The notes beneath the pieces are model-generated. The model was not told the origin of the DNA. It was given only the letters and a program-made list of their open reading frames with translations, and made no database searches. This document shows, piece after piece, positions 31,584-39,164 of a stretch of DNA of 39,164 nt; position 1 is the first letter of the stretch; each line of letters opens with the position of its first letter. The position numbers and the translations under genes were made by a program. The DNA comes from Stramenopiles sp. TOSAG23-3 (lineage: Eukaryota), in contig LT642185.1 in the NCBI GenBank assembly GCA_900128585.1, positions 1 to 39,164 of the forward strand, written 5' to 3'.

Positions 31584-31822
31584 CACAGTTTCTCCTAAGC
31601 CCAGTTTCAAATATGTACACAAAAACACAACCTTCCCGTTTCCTCGTCCATTCCATTTTTGGCCTTCGTGTATGCTTAAATGCAATGAAAACATTTTGTT
31701 GTTCACATTTGTATATACACATTTAATGAACATATAGTTAAAAAGTAATATATTTTGATTATTATTAATTAATTAATAATATTATATCAAGGTATAAGAT
31801 GAGAGAGCTGCTGCTGCTTCTG

Positions 31823-31845
31823 NNNNNNNNNNNNNNNNNNNNNNN
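31823..31845. other. Assembly gap (23 N)
   Basis: Run of N. Confidence 1.
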
Positions 31846-32552
31846 TTTATACCAAGTATTATTTTATAAAATTGTTGTTTGTTGTTTTGAAACGGTTCTT
31901 CTTCTTCTTCTCTTTTTCTTCGTCTTCGTCTCTTTGTGCTCTCTCTCTATCTTGTACTTCTTCTTGTTGACTTGTGCTTGTCTAACTAACTCAGAATTAG
32001 TTATTATTATTATTTAATTGTAGACTCTATAGATAAGGTAAATTAAACAAATGGTTCAACATCCCATCATTAAAGAAACATCTTTTGAATTCACAAATGT
32101 TAATTTAACATAGACATACTATAGATTACAGTTATAAAAACGGGTAATTTTCAAATCCTTTCGTCTTTCCATTTTCCTTCTTTGCTCTACTGGTATTATA
32201 TATAAATACTATCAGATTAAGGTTGAAGTTATATTTACAATTATTGTTGGTTTTTCTATTCTTTTCATGTTGTGTCGTCCTGCAAAAGTAAGAAGTATGG
32301 ATTTTACCATCTCGATTCATGAGCAACCAAGAAGAAATTGAATGAATGTAGGTCTTCGTGGGTCGCGATTCAAATTAGGTACAGGATGATTAAATCAATC
32401 TATTTTCGCCCCTGTTCATAGGTCCGTATCATAAATATTTTACGTTGCATTGTGCGCGCAGGTAATCGGGAAGTTTAACAGCGGACTTGCGTTAGCCTTT
32501 CTGGTTTTTGTTTCTGTACTGGAAAGGGAATTAAAGGAGCACGGAGCAAGAA

Positions 32553-34499
32553 ATGGCTACTTTGGCGTCTCCAGAGAAAAACGGCGACGCGTTGCCGTTA
32601 TACGTGTCGCCTGCGGCGATTAAATTTAAGGCGAGCACGTTAGCGGTTATGAAAGGAACGTACAAGCGGCGTGCGATCGTTCGATGCATCGAGCATTTGC
32701 CTGTGCCGTACGTTGTAGAAATTCCTCCTAGCTCCAGGTTCACGATTACGACAACGAACAGAAAGGAGGGGGACCCGGACGAGTGGCGGCGGGGGATAAT
32801 TGATTGTGGCATGGACGGGATCCCTCTCGTGATTTCTTACGAGCACCCGACGTCGGGCGAAGGGGACTACATATACGACAATTTTCAAACCGTCGTGTAC
32901 ATTCACACCCCAAACCACACCCTTCCAGTTTTTATAAAAGCGGTACGGAACGACCAGGAAGAGGCCTTTTGCCCCAGCAGACTCCCGACGCCTGTGCGGC
33001 CAGCGCACTCCGACTTTCCGCAAGTGCGCTTAGTGTCTGCGACTACCTCTCTGATCGCCGGGTTCCACGACGAAGACTCGATTGAATTTTCCCCAACTAG
33101 CAAGGCACGCACGTGGCTCGAAGGGAAGCATGGTGAGGGAGACTTTGAGACGGATTTGCCGGAATACCCAACCTCTCCCGTCGAATCCCCGGGCCGGAGG
33201 GAAGAGAACGAGGCCAGCAAGTTTGACAACGACGAGCTGGAATTTTACAGCAAATTGATGGGGGGGGAGAAAGACGATGGAGACAGCACTGGTCAGAACC
33301 AGGCGTTCCCGAACATTCAAGGGCCGCGGAAGAAGAAAAGCGTGGCCAACGTCCCGACGGAGGAGAAGACGGTAGAAACCTTTGAGGACGCTAAGGAGAT
33401 GATAAAGCGGATGCGCATGGGCCGAACGTCAAGTGTGCGACCGTTGCAGTCCACGCTTGCGGGGACTGGGAGTAGCATTGTTGCCCGGGCCGGGGAATCG
33501 TCCCGGCTCTTGCCCTCTCGCGGAGTAGGGGATAGAAAATTGGGCTCCGGAAACGAGAAGCATACGAAGGACGAAATAAATTTTTACAAGAACTACATCG
33601 TCCGGAAGGAGCAGGAGGTAGAGAGAAAGAAACTGTTCAGCAACCCGTACGACGCGTCCTCGCAGCGGGAGAGGGCCAAAAAGATAGACGCTAAGATTGC
33701 GAAAGATTACCCGCAACTGGCGAAAACGAAGCGATGGAACGATGGCATGAACGGAAAGATAAAGCCAAAGGCCCAGAAGCGCTTCACCCATACCCGCATT
33801 GTTTTGAGTAGTTCGTCCGACGAAGGCGAGGCGTCCCAGGAGGAGGAAGACGAGGAGGGGGAGGAGGCCGATTCCAGCAGAGGGGACTTGAACAGCAGCG
33901 TCGACTCCAGGGTTTCTGACCAGCAACTGTCGACCGCCATGTCGGCCACGAACGGGCTTCCGGGAAGGGAAACGGGGGATGTGTTGTTCTCCGAACACTA
34001 CGCCGAGGAGCACAAGAAGCGGCTCCTAACATGGTCCAGCGATGACGACAGCGACGACGACATTGTTGGAGGGGGCAGTGTCGTGAGGGGGGGTGGGACA
34101 CGGGATGGGCCTACGCAGAGGGTGAACATGAGCGCGGACGAACACCAGTTTTACAAAACCATTACATCCATGAGCGACGTGCTGTCGCCTAGGAGTGCGT
34201 ACGAGAACTCACCAAGGCACGACGACGCCAGCCGGTTCAGCCAGACCGTTGGCGGCGGTGCGATAACCGGGGAGGAGGACGATGCTGCCGAGAAGGAGCT
34301 CGATCAGGCCAGCCAGGCCGAGTACGAAGAGAGGTTGCGCGCCGCACTCTCCGACGTGACCCTCGGCCAAGCGTCCCGTACTCGTGGGCCGAAAAGGGGG
34401 TCTTCCCGGCCACGATTGAAGTCGGAGGGAAGAAAGCGAAAGCCTCGGAGGCATGTCCCGAAAACCGAAAACATTCTGAACGTGAAGGACTGGTTGTAG
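32553..34499 (+). CDS. Protein with an N-terminal ASH/PapD-like Ig domain and a long disordered tail
   Basis: LYVSPAAIKF...VEIPPSSRFTI...IDCGM...ISYEHP...VYIHT...LPVFIKA resembles ASH domains of ciliary proteins. The rest is low-complexity and acidic/basic. Confidence 0.7.
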   Translation: MATLASPEKNGDALPLYVSPAAIKFKASTLAVMKGTYKRRAIVRCIEHLPVPYVVEIPPSSRFTITTTNRKEGDPDEWRRGIIDCGMDGIPLVISYEHPTSGEGDYIYDNFQTVVYIHTPNHTLPVFIKAVRNDQEEAFCPSRLPTPVRPAHSDFPQVRLVSATTSLIAGFHDEDSIEFSPTSKARTWLEGKHGEGDFETDLPEYPTSPVESPGRREENEASKFDNDELEFYSKLMGGEKDDGDSTGQNQAFPNIQGPRKKKSVANVPTEEKTVETFEDAKEMIKRMRMGRTSSVRPLQSTLAGTGSSIVARAGESSRLLPSRGVGDRKLGSGNEKHTKDEINFYKNYIVRKEQEVERKKLFSNPYDASSQRERAKKIDAKIAKDYPQLAKTKRWNDGMNGKIKPKAQKRFTHTRIVLSSSSDEGEASQEEEDEEGEEADSSRGDLNSSVDSRVSDQQLSTAMSATNGLPGRETGDVLFSEHYAEEHKKRLLTWSSDDDSDDDIVGGGSVVRGGGTRDGPTQRVNMSADEHQFYKTITSMSDVLSPRSAYENSPRHDDASRFSQTVGGGAITGEEDDAAEKELDQASQAEYEERLRAALSDVTLGQASRTRGPKRGSSRPRLKSEGRKRKPRRHVPKTENILNVKDWL

Positions 34500-34768
34500 A
34501 CGACCGTGACGATAGAAGTTGGCGCCACAAGTAAAATATTAATTTTAATAAAGTGTATCGTACGTACGAAGTAGAGGTTTTTGGCTTTAAATCTATACAG
34601 AAAGGCATATTATCCATTGAAAGGCTTGTTGTCAAACTAGCGTGCGCACACAAAAGCTTGCTTCGGCGACCCGTCGGTCTAGCGGTTCCCTGCGTGCATA
34701 ACATAGCACACACGAACCAATGGTATAACCTGCCAGGAGGGGGCGAGCCACTCGCTCCCATCGTGCGC

Positions 34769-34996
34769 CTAATAGTGAAGGACGGCGCGTTTCAAGGCTA
34801 GGCATTTCTCCTGGGAAAAAAGGGTGACGGCGTCACGAGCTTCGTCTCGGCTATTGAACGTTCCTAGAAATTTATTGTTGGCGTGTGCAAAGAACCGGTT
34901 ATTGTTTGTGGCAAAGATGGCACGGTCTACGTTGCCTACTTCGCAGGTCACTGGGGCAGTTGCGAGAACCTTGAAGTTGTTTTGTGCGGAACTCAT
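34769..34996 (-). CDS. 75-aa microprotein with an AP2-like DNA-binding motif
   Basis: RAIFATNNNRFFAHANNKFLGTFNSRDEARDAV resembles the AP2 motif 'W.A......LGTF.T.EEAA.AY'. Start context AACCATG resembles other starts in the window, and GC content is coding-like. Confidence 0.6.
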   Translation of the reverse strand: MSSAQNNFKVLATAPVTCEVGNVDRAIFATNNNRFFAHANNKFLGTFNSRDEARDAVTLFSQEKCLALKRAVLHY

Positions 34997-36232
34997 GGTT
35001 TATATAAATATTTACGAGGGTTGTTTTGTTCGTTTGGGGTGTTGTTTGGCTCTTTGTAAAGATGATTGTTTGCACTTTCTCTGTTTAAAGTTAGTTTTTT
35101 ACTCTGCACACATCCAGTACCATCATTTCCGAGTTATCTTACCCTAACAGTTTGCATGTACAAATGGAGAAATGTGTGGTCAATACAAAAACTACATCCC
35201 CCCTACTCTGTATATATATTGTGTTCATGTTTATTTTGTTGTTTGGTTTTTTTTTTGTGGGCGACGGGCGACGACCGACGGTGGATGATTGTTGAAGATG
35301 TTGAAGGACTAGAATTCCCTGATGCTGTGTATATGTTATTCGAATCCCTCTCTTCTTAGAACAATAGAAAAAAAATTGAGAAAAGTGCTAAATTCTATGC
35401 TATACCTATGTAAAACGTTCATCCACACGCACAATTGTTCTTTTTCCTATTTATACAATGAATGTTATACTTATGTATATTAGTATATAATTACATGACA
35501 TATTTAGAATACAAAATTATTGTACTTTCATAGCATATATACTCTATCTATTCCTTGGATTATTTTACCAGTTTCGTTCAGCAATGGTTCTATGCTATTC
35601 CTATATGGTCATTCTTTCCGTAAAAAATGCTCTGAACCCAAGAAATCAGAAATGATGATGACGAACCAAGTTCACCTTGATCCTATTAAAATAATATTAG
35701 TCTACCATATATCGTACTAGTATGTATCATAATATTGTAATACATTGAATAGCATTAATATTTATCGCACGTCATCAACAAAAAAAGCTGAAATTTGCAA
35801 TGTGGAGTTGTTTGTGTTCCAATGCTATTTATATATTTCAATATGTATTAATTAAGTACATGTTTGTTGTATTCTTATTTTCTTACTACATTTTCAGTGT
35901 ATTCTTGTATATATTAATAGGAATATATAAATGTTCCTATCAACTATGTACTTGTTCATATTACAATACCAACATTCGTTTTGTATTTGTTGTATTCTAA
36001 TAGGAGTTGATAGGTTATGTTTAGCAAAGAAGTACAATTAAAATCGTTTGAACGGCGACATTATTATTAATGCATGTGGATATAATATTTACTGTACACG
36101 GTTACACACATCTTTATCTTTTTTTTTTGTACTCGATGATAGAAAAAACTTAAATAACAAACCAGCTGCTACGAACAGGTCAACAAAGTCCTTGCTTGGA
36201 TGCCTTCCTCGAAATTGCATTGGAGGATGATT

Positions 36233-36382
36233 CCTTGGTTCCCTTGTGTGAAGGGTTGGTTCCCTTGGTTCCGTTCCCTTGTAAGGGTTGGTTCCCTTGG
36301 TTCCGTTCCCTTGTAAGGGTTGGTTCCCTGGATGGTTTATCAGTTTTCTTGTTAGTTAGTTCCCTTGAAGGGTTGGTTCCCT
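36233..36382. repeat. 32-bp minisatellite with a palindromic core
   Basis: Unit AAGGGTTGGTTCCCTTGGTTCCGTTCCCTTGT at 36251 and 36283; the core AAGGGTTGGTTCCCT recurs at 36315 and 36368. Confidence 0.9.
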
Positions 36383-36450
36383 GCATGCATGCATGGTATT
36401 ACGGAGGATTGGTTACAAATTAGATTTTAGATTTTAGATTTAACAACAAC

Positions 36451-36587
36451 GGGAAGGGGGAAGGAAGGAACGAAGGAAGGAAGGAAGGAAGAAAGGAAGA
36501 AAGGAAAAAAGGAAGAAAGGAAAAAAGGAAGGAAGGAAGGAAAAAAGGAACGAAGGAAGGAAGGAAGGAACGAAGGAACGAAGGAAG
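36451..36587. repeat. (GGAA)n-like purine microsatellite
   Basis: Direct reading of the sequence. Confidence 0.9.
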
Positions 36588-37384
36588 TTAATCGATACCG
36601 GGGAGTAAGTAAGTAATTATCAAACTTGGTAGCCATCCTAATACCTTTTAATTGCTACGTACCACCTATAATTCTATAAATAGCAAACTTTTTTTTCTTT
36701 TTCGCTCGCTTTTCTACCCTACATTATACAGCATCTCCTACACCACTTTACTGGCTATGGTCAGAGGATAGGAGGACGGAGGAGAGACTCTTTATTTATA
36801 GAGTACCGTACAGGGTACAGGACACTTAAAACTTCTGCAAAGCAACCACACCACCCACATAGCATGGATTTCTCCACGGTATATTTTTAAAATTCCTGAA
36901 GAGCGATAAATTTGGATTTAAAAAAAGATTAAGTACAATAACTTCCTATCGGAATTTGTGGTTATATATATACTACCACCTTCTTTTTTTTTCTTTCTTT
37001 TTGTTGTTGTTTGTTGTTTGATAGTAGAGGAGAAGAACTTTCCTTCTTACCTTCGACCCTCCCCGCGTATAATAAGACAATGAACGTTCCTTTGTTGCAT
37101 TGCACTTTTAGAAGGGGAAAAATCGCCAAGAAGATTTCCAAAAGATAACCATATCGAACGAACTTGAAAAACGAGGCGCTGCCGATAGTATCCCTCTCAG
37201 GATACTTCCTGCCTTCCAACTCGCACCCGCTACCTCCAACCCCCTTCTCGGGAAGAGAGCACAGCTGCGCTTACCCTTCCATAAAAAAAAGTAGAAGAAA
37301 GCTTGCGCCCCGGGAAGGTCCTGTGCTCGGCGAACTTCGGTTGTATTGAACTATCGTCTCATAATAGTATTAGAGTAGAGCACT

Positions 37385-38269
37385 ATGGCTAGTCGGCGAG
37401 CCAAGAGAAGGCGGTTGAGCGGAAACGACCAGAAGTCACCCGCGTCGGGGCGTAGTGCACGTGCCGGGCGAGGTGTGACGACAAAGAAAGCAAGCGAAAC
37501 AAGCGGGGGGGGGGGAGCCTCCTCGTCCAAAGACGGCCTTTTGACATTGGCAGAAGCCGTTGGGCAAGACCCTACGTTGGCGAAGCTGGGCAAGCGTAAG
37601 ACGAGAGACGGCCCCGCCGGAGAACGGCAGACTACGGTCGCCGCCCCCCGCACCAACGGTACGAAAAAGCGAAAGGTCAGCCCAGCCAAACCTCGGAGGG
37701 GAAGGCCCCCCAAGAAGCGAGCCGGGGGACTTCCTGGTTCCTCGAAACAATCCGCATTCTGGAGTGCGGCTCCGTCGACGACATGGACTGCTGAAGACGA
37801 CAAGCTCTTAGGAAAATTAGCGAAACACAACAACTTCAAGAATTGGAAACGGGTGGCACAGCACTTTCCCGGCCGTACCTCGACGCAGTGCTCCCAGCAC
37901 TGGAGAAAATGTGCGGACCCCAGCGTGAAAAAGAATAAGAAATGGGACCAGGAAGAAGATGCAGCCTTGCTGAGACTTCGTATCCAAGAGAGCCCACTCT
38001 CGTTCGGTGAGATAGCGTTGACGATACCCGGCCGAACAAACATTCAGTGCCGAAACCGATGGGACAACGTGGTGAACCCGGCCATTCGCAACGGCGGATT
38101 TTCGGCCGACGAGGACATGGTAATCTTGGAGTTGCGGGGCAAAAACGAACGCTGGGTAGACATGACCCAGAATGCCACGTTAAAAGGCAGGTCGTCTATA
38201 TCTCTTAAGAACCGTCACCGCCGATTGCTGACCACCAAAGGCCGGAACGGCCAGAAACGGAAATCGTAG
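37385..38269 (+). CDS. AT-hook + three-repeat Myb transcription factor
   Basis: AT-hook PRRGRPPKK; Myb repeats WTAEDDKLL..W..VA..FPGRT..QC..HW, WDQEED...IPGRTNIQCRNRW and FSADED...GRS..SLKNR. Confidence 0.9.
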   Translation: MASRRAKRRRLSGNDQKSPASGRSARAGRGVTTKKASETSGGGGASSSKDGLLTLAEAVGQDPTLAKLGKRKTRDGPAGERQTTVAAPRTNGTKKRKVSPAKPRRGRPPKKRAGGLPGSSKQSAFWSAAPSTTWTAEDDKLLGKLAKHNNFKNWKRVAQHFPGRTSTQCSQHWRKCADPSVKKNKKWDQEEDAALLRLRIQESPLSFGEIALTIPGRTNIQCRNRWDNVVNPAIRNGGFSADEDMVILELRGKNERWVDMTQNATLKGRSSISLKNRHRRLLTTKGRNGQKRKS

Positions 38270-39087
38270 TCTTGCGTGCACGAAGCGACCAAACCAAAAC
38301 GGCGCTTCGTTCTTGTCCAATCGTCAGACTTAAAACAAGGGTATCATTTCAAGTACCATTGTTCATAGGTAAATATAATTCACAATACGTCCCCTACGGA
38401 CCATTTATGTAATATATAAATAGCATTGTAACGAAGAATCGCGAGGGGTTACGTCATGCTGTTCCCATCTACAATCCTCCGTCCAGCAAAGAGAGTCCGA
38501 GAAAATACGAAAATGAGTTACAACAAATAATACCCACTATTGGCCTGCGATGTATTTTTTGACATACATCGATGGAGTATAAAAGATATAAAAACGCTAC
38601 ATGTTTGTATTCATTTAAATGATAAGTATAACTGATTAACCCCTTTCATAGGTAATATTTACGTTACATTTCTTCTTCTCATCTATTCCAATCAAACTGA
38701 CGCTGTATCACCTTATTTTAAAAATTTAATTACTGTTCGTCGTTTTTCTTCTTCTTAAAATTATAAAAACACTGAAGAAAGAAAAACCGTCAGTCGATTT
38801 AGAAGGAATTAGAAGGATAATTATATTTATACATAAGTATAGTATTGGTTATCTCAATCCCCAGCTAACAGAAAGACCCAACTCAACAAACAGCAGCAAA
38901 ACCCTGACAAAGGCAAGGCAAGGCAAAGAAAGGCAAGGAAAGGCCACCAAATAAGAAGGAGAGGAGAGAAAGAGAGAGGACGGACTGAAGCGGACTGATG
39001 ATAAAGAATCCTTCCTTTTCTTATATAGGTACGTACATATATTATAATATATTAATAAGTACGTACCGTTGGTGTGCGTGATGATGA

Positions 39088-39090
39088 TGA

Positions 39091-39162
<72 letters not shown>

Positions 39163-39164
39163 AA
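39088..39164. repeat. (GAAA)n microsatellite running off the window end
   Basis: Direct reading of the sequence. Confidence 0.95.

Noticed and set aside
36233-36382. CRISPR-like array (palindromic repeated core)
   Set aside because: The intervening sequences are identical or repeat-derived rather than unique spacers, there are no cas genes, and the context is eukaryotic.

Overview
Eukaryotic nuclear scaffold from a flagellated protist; a stramenopile-like origin is only a low-confidence guess. It holds about 17 compact, GC-rich and almost intron-free genes separated by very AT-rich, microsatellite-filled spacers, plus one 23-N assembly gap. Confidently recognised genes are CEP104, LipB/LIPT2, Pin1 and RuvBL1. 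Family-level calls cover ankyrin and SAM-ankyrin proteins, a DMT transporter, a Cys-rich type I surface protein, an FG-GAP/ASPIC-UnbV protein, an EF-hand/cNMP protein, an ASH-like protein and an AT-hook 3R-Myb. Most notable: (1) a modular dispersed repeat seen only in tail-to-tail spacers, whose best copy reads as a complete 61-nt spliceosomal intron inside inverted repeats (introner/MITE-like); (2) a pyroglutamyl-peptidase I + UBA-like + Pth2 fusion with both catalytic sites intact; (3) a spliced FABP-like gene whose 5' part the ORF track misses; (4) a 75-aa AP2-like microprotein; (5) near-strict alternation of gene strand. All protein family calls come from motif recognition by eye, not from database searches.
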